Assembly (NCBI GenBank): GCA_020184695.1
Contig: JAANOX010000280.1
Location: 124,001-188,000 of the forward strand
Reading direction: 5' to 3'
DNA from: Histomonas meleagridis 2922-C6/04-290x
Taxonomy: Eukaryota > Protista > Parabasalia
Length of the DNA: 64,000 nt
Positions 34,660 to 46,122 of the stretch are shown here, piece by piece; the first letter of the stretch is position 1; every line of letters starts with the position of its first letter. The position numbers were made by a program, and so were the translations under genes. The notes below the pieces were generated by a model, which had not been told where the DNA came from, searched no databases, and saw nothing but the letters and a program-made list of their open reading frames with translations.

Positions 34660-35982
34660 ATGGATGCGATTTTTTCTTTTATCAAAAGAATTCCCAAATT
34701 TATTTTTTCAACTAACATAAGTCAAAACCAAACTCAGGAACAGGATGAATGAGAAGGAAAATATATTACCCGTGAAATAAGAGGGATTAAATGCACATTT
34801 CTCAAATTAAACATTAATGTTCTTAGCTATCTCAACGAGGCACGCAAATATTCTCCTAAGCTTGATACCGCTAAAATTTCTCTGTTTTTAAATCGTATCA
34901 ATGAAACCGGCAGTGCACCAGATGATATTGTTTACAGAGTTGTTCAAGCAGGAAATGACGAAAACGCTGAACAGTCAATGAAAACGACGCCAGAATCTAT
35001 CGAATTTTTAGAGAATGCTTATCCAAATTTTACAAAAAAAGAAATCAAAATTCGGTTTTCTCAAAACAAATTTATGCTTCTTGACACAGTTCATTTCTTT
35101 GATGCGCGTAAAGATACTCCAAAAGATTCAACGCTACGACAAAAACAAACAACTTTAACATTTGATGATATTATTGTTTCAGCGCAACTTTTGCAATTAT
35201 ATTCTGAAGATGTTAAAAAACAAGAAATCAAACGACAAGAGGAAGAAGAAGAGCGTCTTATGCTTGAAGCCATTGCAGACAATTCTTTATATGAATGTGA
35301 ATGTTGTTTTTGTGAATGTCCAATGGAGCGTTTAGTACAATGTCCAGAAGGACATCTTTTTTGTTTCAAATGTATTCGTAAACAAATCGAAACGTCCATT
35401 TCTGAAGGGCGAACAGAAGTTCCATGTTTACATTATGGCGGATGCAACGAGAAGGTTCCGATGAGCGAATTAGAACGTTCAGTACCCAAAGAATTACTTC
35501 AACAACTTTCACAAGCAGAAACATTAAATGCAATTTTATCAGCAGATATCAAAGGCACTGTAAAATGTTACAATTGCGGTGCTATTTATTTTTCTGATGC
35601 TGAATATATGGTTTGTCCAAACTGTTGCGCTGTTACTTGCTCATTGTGCATGTGTAAGCACCACTATGGATCGACTTGCGAAGAAAATGAAAAATTAATG
35701 AACCAGTTAATGAATGAATCATTGAGTTATTCTATTATTAGAAAATGCCCAAAGTGTAAATCAGAATTCATTAAAGAAGAAGGATGTAACTTAGTTCGTT
35801 GTCCAATGTGCCAAACTGCAATTTGTTATTGGTGCAAAAAGGTCGTGCCGGAGTCTGTCGGATACAGCCACTTCTTTGCTGGAAGTAATGAAAAGTGTCC
35901 AAAAAATAAATGTCCATTGTTTCAAAATGATCAAATACAACATCAAATAGAAATTCAGCAGGCGATGCAACACAAGCCATAA
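34660..35982 (+). CDS. RBR (RING-IBR-RING, RNF216/Ariadne-like) E3 ubiquitin ligase, copy 1, with in-frame TGA at codon 31
   Basis: RING1 CECCFCECPMERLVQCPEGHLFCFKC, IBR, and RING2 CPKCKSEFIKEEGCNLVRCPMCQTAICYWC with catalytic Cys. The frame upstream of the track's Met (34978) is homologous to the copy 2 N-terminus (IRGIKCTFLKLNINVLS vs IRGINCILLKINFDVLS) and is open back to TGA 34750-34752 and ATG 34660. Confidence 0.8.
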
Positions 35983-36247
35983 GTAAAGAATACGATAGAT
36001 ATAAAAGTAATTTGTTCATTTTCATAAAGAAGGTGCCATATTATCATAACATACATGTTGTCGCGTAAATGAAATTTCTTTTTAACAAACCCACATATGT
36101 TGAAGCAACACAAGAGAAATTAGATGTCGAATGCGTATTCATATAAATCCATCAGTTACACCACTCAAAACTAGAATACACATTCGTCTTTTGATAAGTT
36201 TCTTTGGAAATATAAAAATATACAAAAATTTCAGCATATCAAATTGT

Positions 36248-37378
36248 TTAGAAGCACTTGCGGTGGACAATTCCTGGACCAGCTTCGTTGTATTCATCAC
36301 GTGTGATAACCATTTGTGGGAATGTGGCGAGTGATGCAAGGATGGAGCCACCGATCCAAACTGCGTACTTACGTTCTGGTGGGGCGACGACTTTGATCTT
36401 CATTGTTGGTGGTGCGAGGCGGACCATTTCCTTCTCCATACGTTCTGGGAGACCTTCGAACATTGTGGTACCACCAGAGAGAACAATGTTAGCGTAGAGA
36501 TCCTTACGGACATCGATATCGCATGCCATGATGGAGTTGAAGAGGGTTTGGTCAATACCTTCGAATTCGAAGCCGTTGAAGTGTGGCTTGAAAAGAAGTT
36601 CTGGGCACCTGAAGCGCTCGTTGGCGATGGTGATGACGTTACCATCTGGAAGTGTGTATGAGATGTCGCATTCGGATGTTGTGGCGGCCTTGTTCATTTC
36701 TTCGTCGAAATCAAGTGCAACATATGCGTGCTTCTCCTTGATATCACGAACAATTTCCTTTTCGGCGGATGTTGTGAAGGTGTAACCACGTTCGTTGAGG
36801 ATCTTTTGGAGGTAGGCTGTGAGATCACGACCGGCGAGGTTGATACGCATGATAGCGTGTGGAAGGGAGTAACCTTCGTAGATTGGAACTGTGTGGGAAA
36901 CACCATCACCTGCATCGAAAACAATACCGGTTGTACGACCAGATGAGTAAAGGGAAAGAACGGCTTGGATACCAACATAGAATGCTGGAACGTTGAATGT
37001 TTCGAATTGGAGTTGGATCATCTTTTCACGGTTGGCCTTTGGGTTCATTGGGGCTTCTGTAAGAAGAACTGGATGTTCAGCTGGGTCAACACGTAATTCG
37101 TTGTAGAAAGTGTGGTGCCAGATCTTTTCCATATCGTCCCAGTTGGTAACGATACCGTGTTCAATTGGGTACTTGAGGATGAGGATACCTGCCTTAGCGC
37201 ATGCTTCATCACCAACATATGTATCCTTGTTTTGACCACCAGCGATTGTTTGGACATACTTTGGACGACCAACAATGGATGGGAAAACTGAGCGTGGTGC
37301 TTCATCACCAGCGAAACCGGCCTTGCACATACCGGAACCATTATCGATAACTAATGTTTGAACTTCGTCTTCAGCCAT
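36248..37378 (-). CDS. ACT: Actin (376 aa)
   Basis: Full conserved actin sequence ([17 protein letters not shown]...YPIEHG...IVHRKCF). The [14 protein letters not shown] variant is typical of parabasalid actins. GC-rich codon usage suggests high expression. Confidence 0.99.
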   Translation of the reverse strand: MAEDEVQTLVIDNGSGMCKAGFAGDEAPRSVFPSIVGRPKYVQTIAGGQNKDTYVGDEACAKAGILILKYPIEHGIVTNWDDMEKIWHHTFYNELRVDPAEHPVLLTEAPMNPKANREKMIQLQFETFNVPAFYVGIQAVLSLYSSGRTTGIVFDAGDGVSHTVPIYEGYSLPHAIMRINLAGRDLTAYLQKILNERGYTFTTSAEKEIVRDIKEKHAYVALDFDEEMNKAATTSECDISYTLPDGNVITIANERFRCPELLFKPHFNGFEFEGIDQTLFNSIMACDIDVRKDLYANIVLSGGTTMFEGLPERMEKEMVRLAPPTMKIKVVAPPERKYAVWIGGSILASLATFPQMVITRDEYNEAGPGIVHRKCF

Positions 37379-37387
37379 TAGAATAAA

Positions 37388-37443
37388 TGTGAAGTGTTAG
37401 AAAGGTGACATGACTTTTCTGAGGGTGAAGCGGACAAACCGTT
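37388..37443 (-). promoter_or_regulatory. Actin core promoter: Inr-like TCACA (37388-37392) and M3-like AACGGTTT (37436-37443)
   Basis: Motifs lie 10 nt and ~58 nt upstream of the actin ATG and match trichomonad Inr and M3 consensus sequences. Confidence 0.5.
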
Positions 37444-38280
37444 GGGGCGGATGTCGCAGGCCAACAGGCTAAAAACGATCATAAAAATCCAAAACCTCTA
37501 CTTTTTGAACAGTTCATTGAAATGTGAAAAGATGAAGTTAAGGTTCGAACGCTAACAATGATATTTTGTTGCATCATCGAACAGTAACTATGTTTCGTTC
37601 ATATTTTTTATCACAAAATCAGATCTTAATAAGATCTAAGATATTTCGAAGCTTGTTTGATTATAATTGAATAACTTTTAAAAAAAAAATTATAATGATA
37701 TTAAAATATAAAATAATCCCAAACATTAATGAAATAATATATAGAATATTAATTTTTGAATATATACATATGGTAAAAAAGACATTCTTAAACTAATAGA
37801 CATTATTTTTAACACTGTTCATTTCAAACTAAAAATAATGCTATGAAATATTTTCCTGAAAATAAATAATATAATTTCGGAGGATTAGTTAATTCGAAAC
37901 ATACTTTGAGTATATCTAATAGATTTTTATACATAGTACTTAATAAATGGTGCATATATATAGCCTAATATTCTAATTTCTAACTTTTCATATAATAAAT
38001 ATTCAAGATATTGTCATCCATGTTTGTAGTTATCCATTATTTCAAATTTTCATTAATAATACTTTCATTGCAAAATGTGTTAAAAATAAATACATCAACC
38101 TAGATGATGACTGTAACTAATCTATATATCTCATTATTATTTATTCATTTGATGATTGTATTCGGAATGTTAATACCGATTTTAACTAAGTTGATAATTT
38201 ATGTGAAAGCCATTGATTAGAATCAATATTTTGATGTTCAACAGTGAATTCCATAATTAATTATTATAATGGTTGCATTG

Positions 38281-38284
<4 letters not shown>

Positions 38285-38318
<34 letters not shown>
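38285..38318. repeat. (TA)17 microsatellite
   Basis: Directly visible perfect dinucleotide run. Confidence 0.95.
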
Positions 38319-38322
<4 letters not shown>

Positions 38323-38516
38323 CAAAAAAAACTGAAAGTTTTTTGAAGAGTGTTATGCACGATGCACCGATTTTATTTTTAATAACTTGAATCAATACAC
38401 CTTTGGATTCATAAAAAAAAATATCGGAAACCAAATAAGCATTCAAAAGCAAAATAAACTGTTAAATCGAATAAACTTTTTAAAATTTGCCAAATGTCAA
38501 AAATTAAAAACAAAAA

Positions 38517-39938
38517 ATGGAAAACGACGAACAAGAACAACAAAAAGAAACAGGCTTTTTTGGACATATTTTATATGGAATTGAAACATTAGGTAATTAC
38601 ATTATAAAAGTCAATACTTTTTTAACCCATATAAATGAAAAAATTCAAAATCAACAGCAGCAGCCACAAGAACAACCTCAAGATCCACCAATCCATATCG
38701 ATGATAAACATGTCAAAATGTTAATAAGGGGAATTAATTGCATTCTTCTTAAAATAAATTTTGATGTTCTCAGCAAGCTCAAAGATGCCATCCGAGTCCG
38801 TCAGAATCTTGACATTTCCAAAGCTTCATCATATTTAAAACTTGTCAATGAATCAAACCAACCAATTCCCGATGATATTGTTGATAGGATCATTCTTGCA
38901 TCTGTTGAAAGCAAAACACTATCTTCTAACACCAAACCCGAAAGTATTTTATTTCTTCAGAATGCATTTCCAAATATTTCAAAAGGATTTATTGAAAATG
39001 AGTTATCTTCGCACAAGTTTATGCTTCTTGACACAGTCCATTTCATTGACACATATAAAGACCCACCAAAACCTTTATTTTCACAACAAAAACAAACAAC
39101 TTTAACATTTGATGATATTATTGTTTCAGCGCAACTTTTGCAATTATATTCTGAAGATGTTAAAAAACAAGAAATCAAACGACAAGAGGAAGAAGAAGAG
39201 CGTCTTATGCTTGAAGCCATTGCAGACAATTCTTTATATGAATGTGAATGTTGTTTTTGTGAATGTCCAATGGAGCGTTTAGTACAATGTCCAGAAGGAC
39301 ATCTTTTTTGTTTCAAATGTATTCGTAAACAAATCGAAACGTCCATTTCTGAAGGGCGAACAGAAGTTCCATGTTTACATTATGGCGGATGCAACGAGAA
39401 GGTTCCGATGAGCGAATTAGAACGTTCAGTACCCAAAGAATTACTTCAACAACTTTCACAAGCAGAAACATTAAATGCAATTTTATCAGCAGACATCAAA
39501 GGCACTGTAAAATGTTATAAATGCGGATACATAGCAATTGTCGAAAATTATAATTATATGGAATGTCCTTCATGCAAAGCTAAGACGTGCGCACTTTGTC
39601 AATCTGAATATCATAAAGGAATGACGTGCGAACAGTTCAAAAATTTGGACAAAAACAAAGTGCTCGAAGAAAAGATGAGTGAAGCAGTGATTAGAGAATG
39701 TCCGAAATGTAAAACGCAATTTGTTAAAGAAGAAGGATGTAATAAAATGGAATGTCCGCGATGTCATTCACTAATATGTTACTGGTGTAGGAAAATTATT
39801 CCAAACGACGTCGGGTATAACCACTTCTGGAGAGGCAATTTAAGCGACTGCCCTCCAAATATGTGCCCGCTGTGGGTGCAAAATAACGAGCTACATCAGA
39901 TGGAAGCGGAACAAGTTAAGGCTATGGAAACTAAATGA
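38517..39938 (+). CDS. RBR E3 ubiquitin ligase, copy 2 (473 aa)
   Basis: RING1-IBR-RING2 cysteine pattern; catalytic Cys in EEGCNKMECPRC; intact ORF. Confidence 0.9.
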   Translation: MENDEQEQQKETGFFGHILYGIETLGNYIIKVNTFLTHINEKIQNQQQQPQEQPQDPPIHIDDKHVKMLIRGINCILLKINFDVLSKLKDAIRVRQNLDISKASSYLKLVNESNQPIPDDIVDRIILASVESKTLSSNTKPESILFLQNAFPNISKGFIENELSSHKFMLLDTVHFIDTYKDPPKPLFSQQKQTTLTFDDIIVSAQLLQLYSEDVKKQEIKRQEEEEERLMLEAIADNSLYECECCFCECPMERLVQCPEGHLFCFKCIRKQIETSISEGRTEVPCLHYGGCNEKVPMSELERSVPKELLQQLSQAETLNAILSADIKGTVKCYKCGYIAIVENYNYMECPSCKAKTCALCQSEYHKGMTCEQFKNLDKNKVLEEKMSEAVIRECPKCKTQFVKEEGCNKMECPRCHSLICYWCRKIIPNDVGYNHFWRGNLSDCPPNMCPLWVQNNELHQMEAEQVKAMETK

Positions 39939-40343
39939 CTTGTGTAAAAGAAATAAATCGAAAATTATAATTTTAAAATTCATTTTATCTGCAGAAAATA
40001 TGTGAATTATTTCATCATTTAACTCTTTTTTACAAAAGAGAAAAACATCAAAGCTCTGAAAAATATAACCACTAAAAAGATATATCTTTTTTAATGTGCA
40101 CATTAACCTTTCGACAATATATTAAAGTTGATCACCGAACTTATCTTAATAACAGTTATATTTCCAAAATAGCAACGATATCCAATGATACCAAACATTC
40201 TATGGATGCTTACGCCCATCGATGTGTTCTAAGTTGTGAATTTTACACATCATCACCAGGTGAAAAATCGCTCGTCATTGAGCACCTGAACAAAACGATT
40301 TCTTTGCATTCATCACAAAAACAGTTCTCAGAATCCTTTTTTA

Positions 40344-43300
40344 TTATTTTTTAGCATTAAATATTGATTCGATTGCAGGTTCGATTAAATGCATTGAGAA
40401 TTCCATTGACTCGTGTACGAGCTGGTTCACCGACAAGAACCTTGTCATAGTTTCTTCCTCGAGAATTGCCAAATCCGTTTTCTTCATCTGGTTAATTCTT
40501 CCTCCAATTGATAGTACCTGTGACAATCTCTGCTGCCTTGTTGCGCAAAGAATTGCAGTAGCGCAAATGATCACGCCTTCACCGAATTGAGCGAATGCGC
40601 CTCTATTTACTTTTCTACCGCTTTCTTCTTCAGCCGAGACACCTTCTTTCCTATATACTTCTTTCAAGCAGAATACGAATTCCAACACACTCCAAATAGC
40701 AGCGAAACCAGTTAACGAAGGGAAGTCATAAATATTTGTTGAAGTTTCATCGAATAATTCCCATTTATCTTTACATACGTTCGTAAGTTCTAATACAATT
40801 GATTGCATGAATGGAGGAGAAATTTCACCTTTGTTTGGTACTACATTAATATTATTAAAACATGATTTAGAATCTGCAAATTGTCGATCGAATAATTCGA
40901 AGAATAAATCATATTTCTCATCAATGTTATCAGGCTTCGTTTGATATATATATGCTAATACTTGTTGTGAAGAACCTCGCTTTAAACTAAATGCATAATC
41001 TAACATTTCGGATATAGCTATAGCATTACCTATAGATTTCATTGTTTCAAATAATTGATCGATTTGTTTTTCATTCATAAATGATCGATAAGCACCTTCA
41101 AATCGATCATAAGCTTTATGACATTCAGTACCTATAGGGATATTAGTAATACGTCGTAACTTTCCTTGGATTTCTTTATAAATCGGTACAAATTGATCTA
41201 TTAATTGTTTAACATAAGATTTAAGTTCTTCTAATATTAATACAACTGAACCTGTATCAATAAAGTTTAATAATTCTCGGAAATGTTCAACAGTAATAAA
41301 TAATGTAGTTTGACGTAATGCTGTTGGTACTAAATTCTTTTTAGATTTAAGGAAATTTAATATGTTTTCTCCAATAGCTATAGGTGGTACTAATCTATGA
41401 GGATTTGTATGTAAGAAGAAACGTGGCACAAGTTGTTTTATCATATGACTTTTAATATTATCTAATATTAATGAATTAAAACTACCTGCTGAACCTGATC
41501 GTGTTAATGCTGATACTATATCATTAAATGGTGTTAAGATTAATCCACAATTAACAAATGCAGAATGTACTTCTTTAAGGATTGTTAAGACATTAGAAAA
41601 GACTACAATTCCTAATAACCCATAACTTTGAATTATTTTATAAATACTTGAGACATTTTGGAAAAACATTTCATTTAATCGACTAACAAATAATGATTTA
41701 ATATCAATATAATTACCTAAAAGGAATAATTGGTTTTGTTGTAAGATATTAACAAGTCGTAATACATTCTCATTCTTTTCAATTGGCTTCTTTAATAAAT
41801 CTCCATCATTTTGATCTACAAATCGTTGCATATAAAAATTACGTAATTTTTCAAATGCAAAATCTGCAATCATTTTAGATATAGTTAATAAACAAATTTC
41901 CGCTTCAGCTCTAATTTCTTCAAATAAATATCGTGAATTTAAATGTTTTAATGCTGTAGATGCTGCATCATCATAAATACTTAATGGATAATATAACGAA
42001 CCAATTAATTCAAGTTTTTCTGGATGTGAAAGTGCATAATCAATTAATACATAAGGTAATGATGATGTAATAGGGAAATGTACTGCACCTTCTTTTGATA
42101 TCTTTTTAACTTCTCCTCGATACATATCTAGGAAGAATTCTTTAAAGAATAATGATGATTGATCACATACTTTCGTTAATGTTTTTTCTAATTGTAATAT
42201 ATCAATATAAAATTCAGATTTAGCTTGGAACTTAGTAAATAATGTTGTACTAGTTCTATCTAATGATGAATTTTCGGAGTTTAATAATATTTGGATTTCA
42301 CTACGTAATAATTGTAAATATTGGATATGTGGTGGTGAATGTGCATCATCAGTAGGTAATGGTGGTTCTTTACTACTTCTTTGTTTTGGTGTTAATTCAT
42401 TATTATTCTTGAAATATCCCATTAATACTCTAATGTTTTCTAAGTCTGGACCAATATGTTCTTTATTTTTACCTGATAACTTTAATAATGAACTTTCTAA
42501 ATCAATTTTGATGAACTTTTGAACTTCTTCTTGAACATAATTTGCTATAATTGAATTAAGTCGTGGTAAATCACTTGTAATCATTTCTTTAAATGATCGA
42601 TTAAGTGCTAAGATTTCCATAATATATTCTCGTTCATCATCTGTTAAGCCATAACGCATTGCTAACTCGAATTTACTTGGTGGCAATTTGTTTTGATCTT
42701 GTTCTTGTTCTTGTTCTTGTTCTTCTGTCTTTGGTGCTGGTGGTGCATGATCATGTTTATCAATAATTAATTCAGCTAATTCATGAATAGATTTTCCTAA
42801 TAGTTGAAATGTTTTAGGTAATAATGTAATTATCTTTTCAACTAAATCTTTGCTTGGATTATCATTTGATGTTAAACGTGATATAACTTGTGAGACAACT
42901 GTGAAATTATCTTGTAATTCAGTCATTGTTTCAAATAAATTAAATTTAGGTCGTGACTTTTCTCCTAAACTTTGCGTGATGTTATTCGCGACCATTACAA
43001 ATTGATCAAAATCAACACCAAATTCATAAACTAGAACTAACGCAGGATGTTTAACTCGTTCTTTATGAATAAGTGGTGATAATGTGTTTGGTAATGCTTT
43101 CAATACTTTCTTCTTAACACTTTTATCCGCTAATTCTGCTTGTTGACGTTTGGTCCAAAAGTCAACAATGAAAAGTAGAGAGACAATACAGGCGGTTTCC
43201 ATGTCAGGATAAATGTATCGTTCTTCATTGAGGATTTCACAAATGCGGTGATAAAATATGTTGAAGATATGATTGGTAAGCTCATATGGAATATCTTTGA

Positions 43301-43955
43301 GCTTATCAAGAAGATCCATTTTAATGGCATTAGGAGTATTCATCCACATACGTAAATCCATTGGAATAAGATCACGGTTTTGTGGTTTGATAATCTTATG
43401 TAATGTAGAAAGATCATCAGAAAGTGCAGTTCGAGTTGGACATAATTTACCAAGTGTAAAAAGTCGAGAAATAAGATAGAAAAGTTTGTCGAGAAAGATA
43501 TTGCTATAAAGTCCTTTGCTCCAAAAATCTCTTTGATGGAAAATGGCTGAAATTTGGTTATTAACTTCATTACAATTTGAACGAACTTTGTTGAAATTAT
43601 TTACCATATCTTTAAGCATTTGTGTTGCAATAGGATTAATTTTATCTTGCGGCGCCTTGGATTGTGCAAGTGCTTCTTCAAGACCACGTGTTGTTGATCT
43701 TAATGGATAGATAAAAGCAATTTGTTCTTCAACTGTTTTAATACGTGACTCAACAATGGTTAGAAGCATGATTGAATCAGTAGCAACAAGTTTTGTCATT
43801 TGTGCATTTCGATATTCATATTCATCTTCAGTTGGAGAAGTAATCATTGTTGTTAATGGAACAGATCTTGGAATGGTTCCAATGATTGGAAGCTCAGTAA
43901 GGTCATTCCATTGTTGAACCTGAGCTTGCTCTGGGAGGATAACCCCCGTTGACAT
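40344..43955 (-). CDS. CYFIP: CYFIP/Sra1 (PIR121) subunit of the WAVE/SCAR regulatory complex (~1203 aa)
   Basis: SLPYVLIDYAL...YYPLSIYDDAASTALKHLNSRYLFEEIRAEAEICL matches CYFIP SMPWILTDHIL...LYPLDLYNDSAYYAL...FLYDEIEAEVNLC, and FGEGVIICATAIL...QQR matches FGDGLHWAGC...GQQRRF. The likely start is Met at 43955. Confidence 0.85.
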   Translation of the reverse strand: MSTGVILPEQAQVQQWNDLTELPIIGTIPRSVPLTTMITSPTEDEYEYRNAQMTKLVATDSIMLLTIVESRIKTVEEQIAFIYPLRSTTRGLEEALAQSKAPQDKINPIATQMLKDMVNNFNKVRSNCNEVNNQISAIFHQRDFWSKGLYSNIFLDKLFYLISRLFTLGKLCPTRTALSDDLSTLHKIIKPQNRDLIPMDLRMWMNTPNAIKMDLLDKLKDIPYELTNHIFNIFYHRICEILNEERYIYPDMETACIVSLLFIVDFWTKRQQAELADKSVKKKVLKALPNTLSPLIHKERVKHPALVLVYEFGVDFDQFVMVANNITQSLGEKSRPKFNLFETMTELQDNFTVVSQVISRLTSNDNPSKDLVEKIITLLPKTFQLLGKSIHELAELIIDKHDHAPPAPKTEEQEQEQEQDQNKLPPSKFELAMRYGLTDDEREYIMEILALNRSFKEMITSDLPRLNSIIANYVQEEVQKFIKIDLESSLLKLSGKNKEHIGPDLENIRVLMGYFKNNNELTPKQRSSKEPPLPTDDAHSPPHIQYLQLLRSEIQILLNSENSSLDRTSTTLFTKFQAKSEFYIDILQLEKTLTKVCDQSSLFFKEFFLDMYRGEVKKISKEGAVHFPITSSLPYVLIDYALSHPEKLELIGSLYYPLSIYDDAASTALKHLNSRYLFEEIRAEAEICLLTISKMIADFAFEKLRNFYMQRFVDQNDGDLLKKPIEKNENVLRLVNILQQNQLFLLGNYIDIKSLFVSRLNEMFFQNVSSIYKIIQSYGLLGIVVFSNVLTILKEVHSAFVNCGLILTPFNDIVSALTRSGSAGSFNSLILDNIKSHMIKQLVPRFFLHTNPHRLVPPIAIGENILNFLKSKKNLVPTALRQTTLFITVEHFRELLNFIDTGSVVLILEELKSYVKQLIDQFVPIYKEIQGKLRRITNIPIGTECHKAYDRFEGAYRSFMNEKQIDQLFETMKSIGNAIAISEMLDYAFSLKRGSSQQVLAYIYQTKPDNIDEKYDLFFELFDRQFADSKSCFNNINVVPNKGEISPPFMQSIVLELTNVCKDKWELFDETSTNIYDFPSLTGFAAIWSVLEFVFCLKEVYRKEGVSAEEESGRKVNRGAFAQFGEGVIICATAILCATRQQRLSQVLSIGGRINQMKKTDLAILEEETMTRFLSVNQLVHESMEFSMHLIEPAIESIFNAKK

Positions 43956-44229
43956 TTTTGAATTCTGGTTGAATGGTTTATCCAATAAATTGAAAAAGAC
44001 TTTTCTCTCTGTAGAAGTCACTTTTTGTACTTTGCTGTTTGTCTCGTTTTGAATGAGAAACAATTTTAAATACTTTATTTTGCTGATTGAAAGAGACTTT
44101 ATAACATTGATGTTCCAAATCTTACAGTTCATAATGATTTGATTCTAAATATCCATGATTTTATTTAAACAAATAAAATTAAAAAAAAAAAAAAAAAAAC
44201 GAATTAATTTAGTTCCAAACAATGAAAAT

Positions 44230-45081
44230 TCATGAAGTATAACTTTCAGGAACTCCACAAATTTCACAATCGCCTTTAAACTTATAGTGAAGACATTCAG
44301 AAAGAGGAGCTTCACCATATTTACCGATCTTTTCGTCATCAACATTATTGTAAAGTGTCCATTGCTGATTATCTTTACTGAAGAATATCATTAAACAATG
44401 TCCAAATTTCCATTTTTCTGGGAAAAGAGCCATTATTAAAATATAGTCTCCCTTTAATTCGTTGGAATCAGGTGATATGATAATATTACCAGATGGCAAA
44501 AGCCTAATAACATAATTAGAACATGTAATTACAAAAGAATCATTTTCTTTACAAAGAGTTGTTACTGATGGAACATGAATTATTTGTTGATCAAAAAACA
44601 TATCTGTTCCATAAATGGGTTGAAACGCAAGTCTATCAATAAAACCACACTTAATATATAAAATACAATGTGCTAAAATACTAAGAGCAATTATATATTC
44701 GTTGTTTGATGGATATAAATTACCTAAATTTTGTGATTTTTCTTCATTTGCAACAGAATTAGGTATTCTAATGTTATAATGTTTACCTTCAATGAAAATA
44801 CTAAAAAAGTAATTATCTGAATTTTTCATTACTTTTTTGTGAAATATTTCTTTTAGTCTCTTATTTCGATATATAATATAAATTAATGAATAAAGCATAC
44901 AACTTCCATCTTTAATTGTTTCTGCTAATTCACGATCATTTAATTCAATATTAAATTCAAATGATTTAGCATCACTTGGAATAACAAATCCATTAGTAGC
45001 TTCTTCACATATCTTTTGAATTGCTTCTGATTGTTGTGGAATTGGTTTTAGCTCAATGTCTTCCTCTTCTTCATTCGTCAT
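44230..45081 (-). CDS. Hypothetical protein (283 aa), possible papain-fold cysteine peptidase/deubiquitinase
   Basis: Intact ORF with DGSCMLYSL near the N-terminus and FGHCLMIFFSKDNQQWTLYNN near the C-terminus. The function is inference only. Confidence 0.65.
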   Translation of the reverse strand: MTNEEEEDIELKPIPQQSEAIQKICEEATNGFVIPSDAKSFEFNIELNDRELAETIKDGSCMLYSLIYIIYRNKRLKEIFHKKVMKNSDNYFFSIFIEGKHYNIRIPNSVANEEKSQNLGNLYPSNNEYIIALSILAHCILYIKCGFIDRLAFQPIYGTDMFFDQQIIHVPSVTTLCKENDSFVITCSNYVIRLLPSGNIIISPDSNELKGDYILIMALFPEKWKFGHCLMIFFSKDNQQWTLYNNVDDEKIGKYGEAPLSECLHYKFKGDCEICGVPESYTS

Positions 45082-45169
45082 TTCACTAACTTTGTTTGCA
45101 ATTTTTGCCTTTTTTCACAAGCTCTGTTCGTAACAAAAACTCTTAAAAAAAAAATAAAATTTGAATTTT

Positions 45170-46111
45170 TTAGAATCCTTTGATGAGGTAGTATAAGAGA
45201 GCCATTTCAGCCCACATTCTGTTTTCAGCTTCATCAAAGATGACACTTTGTGGACCATCAATTACTTCTGCTGTAACCTCATCACCACGAACAGCTGGAA
45301 GGCAGTGAAGGAATAAGCAATCCTTTTCAGCCTTTGCCATTAATTCAGCATTAACTTGATATGGTTTGAAGACCTTACGACGTGTTTCTAATTGTTCCTT
45401 TGGAATGTGGTATGAAAGAATTGTATCAGTATAAACAACGTTAGCGCCCTTGATAGCTTCATCAATGTTGTGTGTGCAAAGAAGTTTACCACCAGTCTTT
45501 GCATTAAGTTGGTTGCATTCGTCAATAACTTCTTGTTCAATAGCATATTCTTCACCTTCTGGTCCGCAAACATGGCATTCAAGGCCTAACAAAGCGCATG
45601 TTCTCATGAGATCGTATGTAACATTGTTTGCAACATCACCAAAGTAAGCAAGAACTGTTCCCTTCAATGATCCACGCTTTTCAAGGATTGTTTGGAAGTC
45701 AGCAACCATTTGTGTTGGGTGAGCAAAATCATCAAGACCGTTGATAACTGGAATCTTTGAGTTTGCTGCTAATTCGCGGACATCAGCGCGCTTGTTCAAA
45801 CGTGCCATAACAACATCGACCATACGTTCAAGAACGTGTGCTGTATCGGCAATTGTTTCCTTCTTACCAAGTGGTGAATCAGCAACACTATACATGATAG
45901 CATGTCCACCCATCTTTGTCATACCTGTTTCGAATGAAACACGTGTACGAAGGGATGGTTTTTCGAAGAGCATCAATAATGTCTTTTGTTCGAGTGCATG
46001 GGAATAATTTTCTGGATGAGCCTTCATTTCGATAGCGAGTTTGAGAATCTTTTCAACCTCTTCAGCTGTTAAAGATGTAATTTTAAGAACGTGACGGCAG
46101 GGAACAGACAT
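45170..46111 (-). CDS. OTC: Ornithine carbamoyltransferase (arginine dihydrolase pathway type, 313 aa)
   Basis: FEKPSLRTRVSFE, HPTQ, GDxxNN, YTD...SYHI, FLHCLPAVRGDEVT, QSVIFDEAENR. Confidence 0.95.
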   Translation of the reverse strand: MSVPCRHVLKITSLTAEEVEKILKLAIEMKAHPENYSHALEQKTLLMLFEKPSLRTRVSFETGMTKMGGHAIMYSVADSPLGKKETIADTAHVLERMVDVVMARLNKRADVRELAANSKIPVINGLDDFAHPTQMVADFQTILEKRGSLKGTVLAYFGDVANNVTYDLMRTCALLGLECHVCGPEGEEYAIEQEVIDECNQLNAKTGGKLLCTHNIDEAIKGANVVYTDTILSYHIPKEQLETRRKVFKPYQVNAELMAKAEKDCLFLHCLPAVRGDEVTAEVIDGPQSVIFDEAENRMWAEMALLYYLIKGF

Positions 46112-46122
46112 TTCCTCAGCAA

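Noticed and set aside
14730-34752. Alternative genetic code (TAA/TAG = Gln or TGA readthrough), suggested by isolated in-frame stops at 14730, 19123, 20462, 25458 and 34750
   Set aside because: Conserved genes end at the expected places with TAA, TAG or TGA (actin TAA, OTC TAA, channel TAG, Rab TGA) and have no internal stops. The isolated stops fall in decayed or error-prone repeat regions and are of mixed types.
36248-37378. GC-rich island suggesting foreign DNA
   Set aside because: Explained by biased codon usage of a highly expressed native actin gene.
45940-45965. OTC motif SLRT instead of STRT (and SYHI instead of SMG) as a sign of an acetyl-/succinyl-ornithine transcarbamylase
   Set aside because: To my knowledge similar variants occur in metamonad catabolic OTCs (e.g. 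the Giardia SYHI loop). HPTQ and HCLP are canonical, so ordinary OTC is the simplest call.
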